Below are positions 1 to 11,827 of a stretch of DNA of 64,000 nt, piece by piece (the stretch's first letter is position 1; every line of letters begins with the position of its first letter). Source of the DNA: Haliotis rufescens (lineage: Eukaryota); NCBI RefSeq assembly GCF_023055435.1, contig NW_025963890.1, forward strand, positions 17,484,001 to 17,548,000. The letters are read 5' to 3'. A model generated the notes under the pieces. It was not told the origin of the DNA. It saw only the letters and a list, made by a program, of their open reading frames with translations, and ran no database searches. The translations under genes were made by a program, and so were the position numbers.

Positions 1-579
1 CTTGAACTTGATCCCTTCAGACAAAATATTGGATAATAAGTTACAGTTTACCTTTTACTGCTAAACTAAGTCTATTTGATAAAATACAAGGGATTCTGCC
101 TAGCCATACAATATTGATTTGGACTCAGACTGCTGTGTACATTCTGAGGGTTTATAAGAATCATGAGTAGATCCAGGATTTAAAAAAAGGAGTTAGGGCA
201 GGGGTGTGTTCCACTCTGGCTATTTGTAACTCAAATACGGGCAGTTCCCACCCAAAACACTTCCCCAAGACTCACAAACACTTCATGTAAACCACTGTTA
301 ATAAATTTACGGAATTCATTTTACATCCAAATCAACATGTTATCATGGTAGGAAAGGCACATAAAGAATGTCAATGAGATGTAAAAAATACAGAGAACCC
401 ACATTTTCTAATAATGTTTACAAGTTCAAGGTACACAAGGCCCCCTACATTCAACATCTTAGCCCCTAAAGCATGCAGTGTTTGAAAATCAGTACAGGAG
501 CCATGATACACTATGCCTCATCACACTAAAATACCAACGTGTAGGTACAGAATCTACTGAAGCGTAATTAGAATTGTAC

Positions 580-604
580 CTTGAACATAAGTGCTCGCAT
601 TCAT
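580..604 (-). CDS. Coding exon 1 (MNASTYVQ) of a seventh gene copy; exons 2-3 would lie left of the window
   Basis: GCCACCATG...CAAG|gtacaa matches the other copies, and 1-579 matches intron 1 of the other copies. Confidence 0.7.
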
Positions 605-1040
605 GGTGGCAGGTTCAAGAATTACAATAAAGTATAGGAAAATAACGCTTTCAGAACAGCCAAGTGCAGATGTAGCATCAAAAATGGCGTCGATGTAACA
701 TCAAAGTGACAACCGTCGTCAAGGAGGACATGCAGTCTCGTAAGATCACGCGATATTACAAAATAAAGTTAAACTGGCTCCCGACCTTATTTGCGCTTGC
801 ACTGGGGTGTTGGAGACGGAGCTCGGCTGTATTTTAAGGAGAGAAGTTAAGTCGCGCCATCATATAAATGGAGCAAAATAATTAATTATGAGCTGAACTA
901 ATTCCTCCAGGCACGATTCTGGGTGTTACTAGTTACTATTCAACCAGCAGCTTGTAAGGGTCCGTCAAATTTAAGGTACGACAGTGACTATAATCATACT
1001 ATGACTATTTTCATAACCAGCAATATGAAGGGTGCTAGGA
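605..1040 (-). promoter_or_regulatory. Putative promoter/5'UTR of the tandem gene; homologous blocks lie upstream of every copy
   Basis: Block conserved directly upstream of the ATG in all seven copies, richer in CpG than its flanks, with a YY1-like AAAATGGCG motif. Confidence 0.4.
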
Positions 1041-1136
1041 TTTATTCTGACCGGGACCTCACGGGGACTGGTATATCGAGATGACAGGTACCATCAGCAG
1101 ACCCTGCATGGTTGTTGGTACACTAGTTTCAGGTCA

Positions 1137-1300
1137 TGAGTGAGTGAGTATGGTTTTACGCCGCTTTTAGCAATATTCCAACAATATCACGGCGGGGGAC
1201 AACAGAAATGGGCTTCACACATTGTGCCGATGTTGGGAATCGACCCCGGGTCTTCAGCGTGACGAGCCAACGCTTTAACCACTAGGCTACTTCACCGCCC
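1137..1300 (-). mobile_element. tRNA-derived SINE with (ACTC)n tail; orthologous insertions at ~26250-26518 and ~32650-32913
   Basis: Minus strand has A-box-like TAGCCTAGTGG, B-box-like GGTCGATTCC and tail AAACCATACTCACTCACTCA. Confidence 0.8.
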
Positions 1301-1564
1301 CTTCAGGTCACGATCAGGTCATGCCCAGGGGCATGATCAACAATACTTGTCTTATGGAGTACACTGACTTGCTTGAACAGGATTGACATGACTTTACCCG
1401 AATAAAACACTTAAAACATTAAGTAGGAGACAGCTTTCATATTAGCTTTTTTCATTAAAGAAAAGATATTACATGGGGAAAATATCATGATATGAATATT
1501 TCAGTTTAAGAAATATAAATTAATGTAGAGGCTTCGTTAAAAATTCAAAACTGTCAATCAATGA

Positions 1565-2544
1565 ATGGACATTCCTTAAACAAGGTTTTTATGAGAGGTT
1601 TGCACCTGTTTAAGTTGCTTCAATTAGAAGTTCAGTTTATTCATTATGATTGGTATTGTAATAACTAAATTGGCATAATTACAAAGGTAAATCTTTCAAC
1701 CTTTAAAAATTAAATCAACTTAGAAAGTTTGATGTCTCATTCAGCTTTCAATCTTTTCCTGCAGCCATGATGTTCACAAGATGTCCTGGGAGGTTGTTAA
1801 CAAGCTGTATGGAGTAGCTGGGACTGGGAGACGCTGCAACATCCTGCTCGTGATAGATTTGATTCTGTCTTTGCCAGCTGCAACTGCAGAATGTGAAAGG
1901 GGATTCTCCCACATGAAAATTATAAAATCTCAATTCAGAAATAACCTGAAGAGTTCATCTATTACATTGTTGATGACAAGACAGCTACATTCTAATCATT
2001 CTAATGATTTACTACCTGATGAAGCCATCCACAAGTGGAACAAGTCCCATCATAGGAGGCCAGACTTCATGGACTATAAAAAGACTGTGCCAGAGCAGCT
2101 GAAAGAATCCCTTGAACAACTTGACCAATAAGACGAAGAAAATGATGATGCCATTGCAAGAGCAGCTGTTACCACGGATATTGCTACTAGATATCAAGAT
2201 TCTGACTATGAGTCAGACTTCAGTGACCTCGTTGAAGGAAGTGACAATCACAATCACACTGACAGTGATATGTACATTGATTGAAAGTCATGAGGCCCTA
2301 TTTAGGAATAAGGATACTTACATGATGTATTCTAGGATATTAAACACAAACCTGACCTATAAAGTGTTTGCTATTTCTTTTCTTGCGTTACTTCATGTTC
2401 AATGAATTCGATTTAAAGTTTTAATTAAATTATCCTGAGAAACATATGATTATAGTGGGCAGGCAGGTTTTGGTCAGGGCTGGCAAGTATTTCAGCTAGT
2501 CAGTCCTGTGGTCTGGCTGAAATTTTTGGGAGTTTCATACCCTG
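1565..2544 (+). mobile_element. hAT transposon 3' remnant with C-terminal dimerisation domain (ORF 1781-2131)
   Basis: LILSLPAATAECERGFSHMKIIKSQFRNNL matches the hAT dimerisation motif. Ends in TIR-like TTTCATACCCTG. Flanked by TCAATGA at 1558-1564 and 2545-2551. Absent from the other units. Confidence 0.85.
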
Positions 2545-2565
2545 TCAATGATCGATAAGTAATTA

Positions 2566-3987
2566 GAATAAGAGGCCCATAAGGCCTGTATCGCTCACCT
2601 GGATATTGACGCAATCATTACAAAATATACATTTGCATTGTACACGTGTATAATACTGCAAATATTTCGTAATTTTGACTCTGTCAGTATTTAAAATTGG
2701 TGGGTGGCAAATCTGACAGCATAAACGTGTATTTATGTAGATACAAATGTGGCACAAAAATCTGAGCCGTTTCCATGTTATGATCCCGGATATATCATAT
2801 TAAAGGTATTATTCTCTTCATAACAAACATATGTATACAATGCATCTGTTTGTTATAGGGTGGGGATAATATCGGTTTGCATGTAATGGTCAAGGTTTTA
2901 ACTCCTTTGGGAGTGCCAGACAGATGAACAGAAGGGCCAGTCCTGGTAGCATATGTGCAATCCTCTCATTATACTCTCAATTGTACATATGGTTTATACG
3001 GTGGGGATCTTAACTGTGTCCAAGTTATAAACTCTTTTTAGCCCCGCCCCTTAGTCCCCGGGGGTGGGGGTAGGGTTCAGCCCCTCCATTTCTCCAATTT
3101 GAATCCCCATCATTGGAGAATGCTTCCATCCAAATATGATTGATAACTATCTCTTAGTTCCAGAGAGGAAGTCGTCTGAAGCAATATGGCCGATTTACCC
3201 CCATTTCGCCCCGCCCCTCAGCCTCTTGGGGGGTGATCAGCCCTTTCATTTGTACAATTTTGAATTCTCTCCACCGGAGAATGCTTCCAACAATATATGG
3301 TTGATATCTATCTCTTAGTTCAAGAGAAGAAGTCGTTTAAAACAATTACGCCAAATTACCCCTATTTGGCCACGCCCCTCAGGGGGTTGGGGGTTGCGTC
3401 CCAGCCCCTCCATTTGTACAATGTTGAATTCTCACCACCCGAGAATGCTTCCAACCAAATATGGTTGATATCTATCTCATAGTTCCAGAGAAGAAGTCGT
3501 TTAAAGCAATATAACCAAATTACCCCTATTTGGCCCCGCCCCTCAGCAGTTTTGGGGGTGTCAGCCCAACCATTTGTACAGTTTTGAATTCTCACCACCG
3601 GAGAATGCTTCCAAACAAATATGGTTGATATCTATCTCTTAGTTCTTAGTTCTAGCCAAATTACCCCTATTTGGCCCCGTCCCTCAGCGATGTCAGCCCC
3701 ACCATTTGTACAATATTGAATCCCCAACACCTAGGGATGCTTCCAGTCTAATTTTGTTAATTTCCAATTAGTGAAAATTGTTTGATAGGCATTACTTAGA
3801 AGTTGACGGATGACAAGATAGACACAATTTTATGGATAACAACTTGGCAGTATTAAAGAAGTTGTTATCCATAAAATTGTGTCTATCTTCCAATTAGTGG
3901 TTCAGAAGAAGAAGTCGTTTGAATAAATTGTTGACGTACGGACGACGGACGACGGAGGCCAGGGTATGGCATGAGCTCACCTTGGTC
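2566..3987 (+). mobile_element. Helentron/HINE-like non-autonomous element with internal ~120-bp tandem repeats
   Basis: 5' end AATAAGAGGCCCATAAGGCCTGTATCGCTCACCTGG, repeated CCCCGCCCCTCAG...GAATGCTTCC units, GACG microsatellite, truncated 3' GCTCACCTTGGTC. Confidence 0.65.
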
Positions 3988-4388
3988 GGGTGGTCGACTG
4001 TTCGGCTCGGAGTCAGTATACCGTGTCTGAATGGGGTGTCAATGTTAAACTGCGGCATGTTATCTCAGTGGATTATAATTAGCACTGTAAAACCGACGAG
4101 TTCAAGCAGCCACGCAGCACACACACACCTGCATGAACGTCGCTATATGCGCGACGTTAAACCCCATTTCACCTCACCTCACCTCACCTCACCAAGGTAA
4201 TATCCATGTTGAAATGTATGGATGAAATGTGATAGGCGTTGCATCATAACCGTTTAGCCGAGTTCTTGCATCTATTCCAATCAATGTCAGGATGTTATGA
4301 CAAAATGTTCCCAAGCCTCCAAATTATTATTGTCCACACTGAACCATGAACACAGATTGCCAGAGATGGATACGTTCCTTCTCAACAG

Positions 4389-4536
4389 GAGGCGGTGGGT
4401 AGTCTATTGTTTAAAGGGTTAGCTCCTCATGCCGAAGACCCAGGTTCAATTGCCTACATGGGTACGTGTGCATATCTGGTGTCCCCCGCACTGATATTTG
4501 TGGAATATTGCTGAAAACGGCGTAACTCACTCATTC
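4389..4536 (+). mobile_element. tRNA-derived SINE shared by units (also ~9597, ~28629, ~35035, ~57614)
   Basis: tRNA-like head GGTAGTCTATTG...CCAGGTTCAATT and tail GGAATATTGCTGAAAACGGCGTAA-(CTCA)n. Confidence 0.7.
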
Positions 4537-5217
4537 GTTTTAAATTCATTTTAAATGTTTGATTTGTATCCTGGGCCTACCAGGAACAGCCTGGTTGTCA
4601 AAGATGAAACATATTGCAACTGTACCAAAATGTAGACCATTTAGTCAATAAGAAATGTTGCAACCAGAGGATTTATTCATCTTCGTCACTCTGTGTGTTC
4701 ATGGTACAGTGTGTGCGTGCGTGCGTGCGTGCGTGTAACAATTGTTTGGAACCTTGGAAACACAATGCTGTGGGGCCATGACATTAATCCGGTGTTGGAA
4801 AGAACTCCACAAAATGATTTGTGGTACAACGTCTGCCACACTCCATGCATTAATTTCCCATGGTGGTCAGAAGTTATGTATTGCTCGTGGTACAACTTTC
4901 TACTCCATGATTTGATTATTACCAAACATTTTGCAAGTAATATTTCCTAAATATTGTAACAAATGCCTCAAGAGTCCTAAAGGAGGACTCACTAATTCAT
5001 GAGTTTCACATATTTATTATCCTAAAAACACTTGTGTGAAGATTAAGTAATGCCCGTGTAAACTGCTCAGTATGTGAGTGGATGTGGCGTTTGGAATGTT
5101 AATTTCTTTCCAGAATTAAATAGGTTAAACACCTGTTCAAATGGTGCACCTGCGTGCCGTCCCAGATGTAGCAGCTGTTTATGGACTACATGTGTGATCA
5201 CCATGCGTTAGTCTAGA

Positions 5218-5476
5218 GTGAGTGAGTGAGTGAATTGGGTTTAACGCCGCTTTTAACAGTATTCCAGTTATATCATGGCGTGTCAGCCCGAATTGATGCA
5301 GGTCTGAGACGTTTACCACTTCGGGGAAACCCACGAGCACGGGTATGGTGCTGACAAACCTAGAAACATAATCGGGGCGAACCGGGATTCTAACCCACAA
5401 GCATAGGTTTCTGGCGTGCCCAAGGGACGCAACTCTGCACAGCGAATCGCGGCGCCTTAGTAGACGACTGCGCCAC
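5218..5476 (-). mobile_element. SINE downstream of exon 3 with 14-bp target-site duplication
   Basis: TSD TGCGTTAGTCTAGA at 5204-5217 and 5477-5490; (ACTC)n tail; empty site in copy E at ~49119-49132. Confidence 0.9.
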
Positions 5477-5695
5477 TGCGTTAGTCTAGAACATAGCCAG
5501 AAAATGAACCAATCAAAACAAAACAAAATGTTGTAACAAATAATGTATTTCATTAACATAAAGTATATAGCCAAAAACAAACAGAGATAGATTTTATGTA
5601 TTTCCCAAATATTGTAACAAATGCCTCAAAAGTCCTAAAATGATTCATAAATGTTTTGTATATAAGTATATACATATGTGTTCAGAGTTCACTGC

Positions 5696-6092
5696 CTAAT
5701 CATCCTTCTTCTTAAACACACTCTTGACTCTTCTGAAGAAGTTGGCCACCCTGGATAGCAAGGCCTTCAGGAAGGAGTGGGTTGGCTGGATGATCTCCTC
5801 ATCCACGAGATCTACTTCAACAAAGTCAGTGTCGTCCACGATGTACTGACCAGCGATAGTGAGGGACACAGAAGGGACAGTGCTGGGGCGAAGGGTCTGT
5901 GGGACGGGCAGGTGAGACAAGTGGGCAGGGATGGTCAGGGACTTTGAAGTGGGTTGCTATAGATAGGGAGGTAGTGGAAAGAATGGAATGTGAGGAAAGA
6001 ATATTATGTAGATGGAAAAGGTTATTCAATCATTGAATTTTATTGCAGCAAAAAAAGGATTATGGTGGTAAAGATAGAAAAGGCGATAAATA

Positions 6093-6128
<36 letters not shown>

Positions 6129-7412
6129 GATACTGAAAGGTAGATAATTTGTTTGTTGTTTAAAAACGCCGCAATCAGCAGTACTCAAGCTACATGACGG
6201 CGGTCTGTAAACAATCGAGTCTGGGCTAGACAATCCAGTGATTGACATGATGAGCATCTATAGTAAAGATGATGACATGAAGGATATTCTTGGAAATACA
6301 AATGTGACAAACTTCGCAGAATTACCGAAGCCTTTGAACCAAACTACTCTCAACATTCATAATAGGTTTTTATTAATTGCACACTGTTGGAAGGTAGGAA
6401 AATAGTATAAACATTCAGTTACGGCTTTATGAAAACAGGGACCAGTACACAGAGGTGGGTGTTCCACATATTGGTGAAAACTCATGGAAGTACTAAACAG
6501 GCATTGCTAAAGACAAGCCTTTAGGACACCTACATGGCAAGGGGCAGGATAAGTCAGTTTGGACAGAGGCTGGAGGAACCAGATCATCCGATCAACTGTG
6601 GGGAAACAGAAGAATAAACATACAGGGTATTAAACACCCAGAATGTATGTTGCTGGTCCCTAACCTTTGGCTGGTGACTAGTAAATAATATATCATTTTG
6701 CAGTTAATAAATTATTTGTGCTGACAGATAGATGGTATATCGCTAAGCTTTTAGGGGTTCCCCTTTTCCAGAATGTTCCAGTTTTATGTTGGATAAAGGG
6801 TACTTGAAATAACCAATAAAGGGCAGCTAGCCTAGACACTGCAAAGTATATCTCCCTGTTACTTTATACCTTTCACTGCTAAACTAAGTCTATTTGATAA
6901 AATACAAGGGATTCAGCCTAGCCATACAATATTGATTTGGGCTCAGAGTTTATAAGAAATCATGGGCAGATCCAGGTTTATAAAAGTGGGGGATAGGGGA
7001 TGTTCCACTTGGGCTATTTGTAACTTCAGTGGGGGCAGTTCCCACCCAAAAGACTACCCCAAGACTCACAAACATTTCATATAAACCACTGTTAATAAAT
7101 TTACGGAATTCATTTTACAACCAAATCAACATGTTATCATGGTAGGAAAGGCGCATAAAGAATGTCATGAGTTGTAAAAAATACAGAGAACCCACATTTT
7201 ATTATAATGTTTACAAGTTCAAGGTACACAAAGGGCCCTGCATCTTAAGCCCCTAAAGCATGCAAAGTGTTTGTGGTTCAGTACAGGAATCATGACAGAT
7301 CATAAACATGATGATACACACTACCTCATGACACTAATATACCAACATGTAGGTACGGAATCTACTGAAGCGTAATTAGAATTGTACCTTGAATATAAGT
7401 GCTCGCATTCAT
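5696..7412 (-). CDS. Three-exon orphan gene, copy A: join(7412..7388, 6595..6534, 5956..5696); 115 aa MNASTYIQVDRMIWFLQPLSKLTYPAPCHQPTSKSLTIPAHLSHLPVPQ...RVANFFRRVKSVFKKKDD
   Basis: Start context GCCACCATG. Donor CAAG|gtacaa (phase 1), acceptor ttcttctgtttccccacag|, donor CAT|gtaggt (phase 0), acceptor ctacctccctatctatag|. Exons of 25+62+261 nt join into one open frame ending in TAG. Confidence 0.78.
6148..6260 (-). mobile_element. 5'-truncated SINE-like repeat in intron 2, present in all six complete gene copies
   Basis: (AAAC)n tail; same family as the longer copies at ~8045-8735 and ~40055-40245. Confidence 0.7.
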
Positions 7413-8271
7413 GGTGGCAGGTTCAAGAATTGCAATTAAGGACAGGAAAATAACGCTTTCAGACAAGCAAAGTGCAGATGTAGCATGAAAAATGGCGTCG
7501 ATGTAACATCAAAGTGACAACCGTCGTCAAGGAAGACATGAAGTCTCGTAAGATCACGCGATATTACAAAAAAGCGTCAACTGGCTCCCGACTTCATTTG
7601 CGATTGCACTTGGGTGTTATAGAGAGGAGCTCGGCTGTATTTTAAGGAGTGAAGTTAAGTCGCGCCATCATTTAAATGGAGCAAAATTAATTATGAGCTG
7701 AAATAATTCCCCCAGGCACGATTCTGGGTGTTACTAGTTACTATTCAACCAGCAGCTTGTAAGGGTCAGTCAAATTTATGGTACGACAGTGACTATAATC
7801 ATACTATGACTATTTTCATAACCAGCAATATGAAGGGTGCTAGGATTTATTCTGACCGGGACCTCACGGGGACTGGTATATCGAGATGACAGGTGCCATC
7901 ATCAGACCCTGCATGGTTGTTGGTACACTAGTTTCAGGTCATCACCAGGGGCATGTTCAACAATACTTGTCTACTGGAGTACTCTGACTTGCTAAAACAG
8001 GATTGACATGCATGACATAACCATAACAAACCACTTAAAACATAAGTTGTTGTTTAAGGCCACACTCAGCAATATTCCAGCTATATGACGGTGGTCTGTA
8101 AATAATCGAGTCTGGACCAGACAATCCAGTGATTGACATCATGAACATCGATCCATGCCATTGGGATACGATGACATGCATCAACCAAGTCAGCGAGTCT
8201 GACCACCCGATGCCGTTTGTCACCTCTTACGAAAAGCATAGTCGCCTTTTACGGCAAGTATGTGTTGCTTA

Positions 8272-8697
8272 TAGGGCTGGGACGGGCAACTCGGGTACTC
8301 GGGTCGGGTGGGTACGGAGAAGGACCTGGGTACCCACAGGACTACCCGGACCCGTGGTTATCACGTGATATATTGTTTCGTGACAAAAATTCACTATATA
8401 ACTGCATAGTTACATGACAATTTTAAGTATCTAATGTTCGCATTTCTTTATGACTATGAACACACTCCTTCTGACATATATATGTTTAAACAAAGCTAAA
8501 ACTTCAGTCAACATCAGTGTATGCATGACAACATCGTTTTATACGTGTATCTATACATTTTGCAAGGGCTACTGTCAAACTATTCCTAATTGGACATTTT
8601 GTACCTTTCTTTTGACACCAACAGCGGGTACCCGGGTAGGGTCGAGTAAAAGGGGTGTGGGTACCCGGGTAGTAAATTTGGACTCGTCCCAGCCCTA
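8272..8697. mobile_element. hAT-type MITE nested in a SINE-like repeat (~8045-8735)
   Basis: TIRs TAGGGCTGGGACG / CGTCCCAGCCCTA; 8-bp TSD GTTGCTTA / GTTGCTAA; subterminal CGGGTA motifs. Confidence 0.85.
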
Positions 8698-9116
8698 GTT
8701 GCTAAAGACCTATTCTACTCCGGACCTTCATGGGTTAAAACATTAAGTAGGAGACAGCTAAGAATATATAATCTTTAACATCTTATTGATATTTTATCAG
8801 ATTATCAGATATTATTTCATTAAAGAAAAGATGTTATATGAAGAAAAAAAATATCATGATATGAACATTTCAGATTAAGAAATATAAATTAATGTTGGGG
8901 CTTCGTTAAAAATTTAAAACTGTTAAACAATGATCGATAAGAAATTAGAATAAATACTTATTTTTTTCCAAGCATTCTTTCTTACATCTGTTACGTAAAT
9001 AGTAAAAAAGTGAAACGTAATTTCAAATGATTTGATAGTTTATTATAACGGTAAAGTATAGAGGATATTTGTCCTTTCTTATCAAATAACATGTTTATCT
9101 CATGGAGTGGCGTGAC

Positions 9117-9418
9117 CGAAAGACCGGATCCGTGGTTTGGTGGATAGAGCGTCTGCCCCGAGAGAGGAAGGTGAGTGGTTCGATCTCAAGCCGCATCATA
9201 CCAAAGACGTTAAAAGATGGTAAAACAACGACTGGTCGGCTCGGAGTCAGTATACTGTGTCTGAATGGGGTGTCAATGTTAAACTGCGGCATGTTATCTC
9301 AGTGGACTAGCACTGTAAAACTGGCTAGTTCAAGCAGCCACGCACGCACACACACATGTGCATGAACGTCACTATGTGCGCGACGTTAAACCCCATTTCA
9401 CCTCACCTCACCTCACCA
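9117..9418 (+). mobile_element. tRNA-headed SINE with (CCTCA)n tail; only its 3' half remains in HINE-bearing units
   Basis: Head GTGGTTTGGTGGATAGAGCG...GGTTCGATCTC, then CATACCAAAGACGTTAAAAGATGG. The 3' half recurs at ~3995, ~28253, ~34660 and ~57220. Confidence 0.7.
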
Positions 9419-11827
9419 AGGTGATATCCATGAGGAAATGTATGGATGAAATATGATAGGCGTTGCATCATAACCGCATCTATTCCAATCAATGTCAGGA
9501 TGTTATGACAAAATGTTCCCAAGCCTACAAAATATTACTGTCCACACTGAACCATGAACCCAGACTGCCAGAGATGGATACTCTCCTTCTCAACAGGGGG
9601 TGGTGGGTAGTTTATTGTTTAAAGGGTTAGCTCCTCATGCCGAAGATCCAGGTTCAATTGCCTACATGGGTACATGTGTGAAGCGCATTTCTGGTGCCCC
9701 CCGAACCGATATTCGTGGAATATTGCCGAAAACGGCGCAACACCGTACTCACTCACTAATTCGTTATAAATTCATTTTTAATGTTTGACTTCTATCCTTC
9801 TATTTCCTAAATATTGTCACAAATGCCCCATGAGTCCTAATGGAGGAGTCACTAACTCATGAGTTTCCCATATTTATTGCCCTAAAAAACCTAGTGTGAA
9901 GATTAAGTAATGTCCATGTAAACTGCTCAGTATGTGGGTGGATGGGATGTTTGGAATGTCAATTTCTTTCCGGAATTAGATAGGTTTAACACCTGATCAA
10001 ATGATGCACCTGCATGCCTTTGTGAGAAAGTGAATTGATGATAAAAAAATTTCCATGGTCAAAGGGAAGTAACTCTTTGGATGGGTGCGCTACCACCCAA
10101 AGGTCAACTGACGTTGTGCATCGGGAGCCGGGAACCAGCTTATGGACCACTACAAGTGTTGCCCTTGATGTATGAATATCACACTTTTAAAAATTAAGTA
10201 GATTTTGTATACGTTCCTATGTCTATGTTGTAGTATCGCCGAGCAGGCTACATCATATGCATGCATTTCAGGTTGTACAGCGGTACGCGAAATGTGAAGG
10301 TCTTATGCAACGTAAACTTGACGGTAGTCTCAATGTTGTGAATATTGACAGCAACACATGGAAGTATTTGTCAGATATATAACTGAGAGCAATGAGAAAT
10401 TTTTTCAAGAAATTGTATGAGAAACAGGCACTGTAAAATTATGTCACCAACTCGATATCAAAATAAAATGTTCAAAATAAAAGAAATGGAAATCTCTGAA
10501 ATCTGTTTGATTATTTAAGAGTTAATTGATGCATGTTGTATATAAACGGATTTTATGTATGAATGGTGGCTGTTTGTTGCCAAATACTACCATGATTATA
10601 TTTCAATATGATCAATGAAAGATATATATTATTTTGGCCTTTTTTTAAATTTTACAAAGTAGAAAAAAATAATTTTCAGACACAGAGGACCCTATATATT
10701 AGATCTAGTTAAAAATACACATTCAAGAGTATTTGTACCAACTACAATTTTTTATAAAATAAAACATATATTCATTCTTATTTTCAATCTCTATAATGTT
10801 GATTGTAGTAACATTGCAGTGTCTACATCCAGTTTGCACTGACAATAATCATATGATTGTAACACTGATAAAGCTGATTCTTAACTTCATTAGGCCTGGC
10901 TTTTTATGTTTCCTTGTTCTAAACTGATGTTTCAGATTCCAACATAAACAAATTATTAATGTTATTCTTTTTTCTCTTCACACAAACAGATATCTGCATT
11001 GCAAATGAGTCTTATTTTTTCATTAATATCTTGGAATACTTGTGCATGTGTACTAGTATTTGATTACACATGCATGACTTTTTAGCAGTCATTTGTTTCT
11101 GAACTGAATATTATGCCAATAAAGATAAGTAACATAAAAAGAACTCTGGTATTATTTCATGTTTGGAGAATCAATCAATTTCATTGTTAAAACATTTTTA
11201 ATTTCTTACATACCGGTAAGTTACTTTGATCTTCATAAGATGAAAATAGATCTAAATTAAATTGAGGAGGATTAAATTATGCAGTCTTATTCATTTCAGC
11301 CAGTCTGTCTAAAATCCGGTCCTATTTTTCAGGCAATAATAAATGAATGAAAATTTAAGAAAAAATATGCCTTACCTGAGTGAATCAGTCAATATGCATA
11401 TTGACTGAAATTTTCAGTCAAAATACATATTGGGCCTGATTATAGACACTGACTGTAACATATGTAAGTATAATCTGTTATATGCAAAAACAAATAACAT
11501 AAATAAATCCAATTATCTACATGGAATGACTGTGGGGTTCAATTTGCATTTATTTAACCATCAGAAGATTTGATAATAAACTTTCATATTCATATTTTCA
11601 TATAAATATACTTTATACTACAGGTGTCTTGAAGTACTGTTGAATGAAAATCAGGATACTTAGATACAGCAGGATAGTGTGTGGGTTTGTATGGGAAATA
11701 GTTTGTCAACATTAAAATAAATATAATGTTACTAAAACAAGAAGAAAAAACACATGTTATAAGGGGCAGAATGACATGGGTAAATCTCTTATTTCAAAGA
11801 ATGATGGCTGGTATGTATATTGCAAAT

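Noticed and set aside
1137-1300. tRNA genes
   Set aside because: tRNA-like A/B boxes are followed by SINE body and microsatellite tail; no intact cloverleaf was seen.
3050-3760. ~120-bp repeats as a CRISPR-like array or repeat protein
   Set aside because: No unique spacers and no continuous frame; these are satellite-type monomers inside a HINE-like element in eukaryotic DNA.
4686-4950. Recurrent ORFs on both strands (MLWGHDINPV... / KLYHEQYITSDHH...)
   Set aside because: Start, length and frame vary between units, there is a premature stop near 58097, and no recognisable domain. Recurrence reflects duplication only.
5696-5920. 74-aa ORF as a stand-alone single-exon gene
   Set aside because: Its start is TTG, and the frame extends 36 nt upstream to a strong acceptor, so it is better explained as a terminal exon.
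5826-6029. Overlapping 67-aa His/Cys/Pro-rich minus-strand ORF
   Set aside because: Alternative frame spanning the intron pyrimidine tract; non-ATG start and not retained as this ORF in copies C and D.
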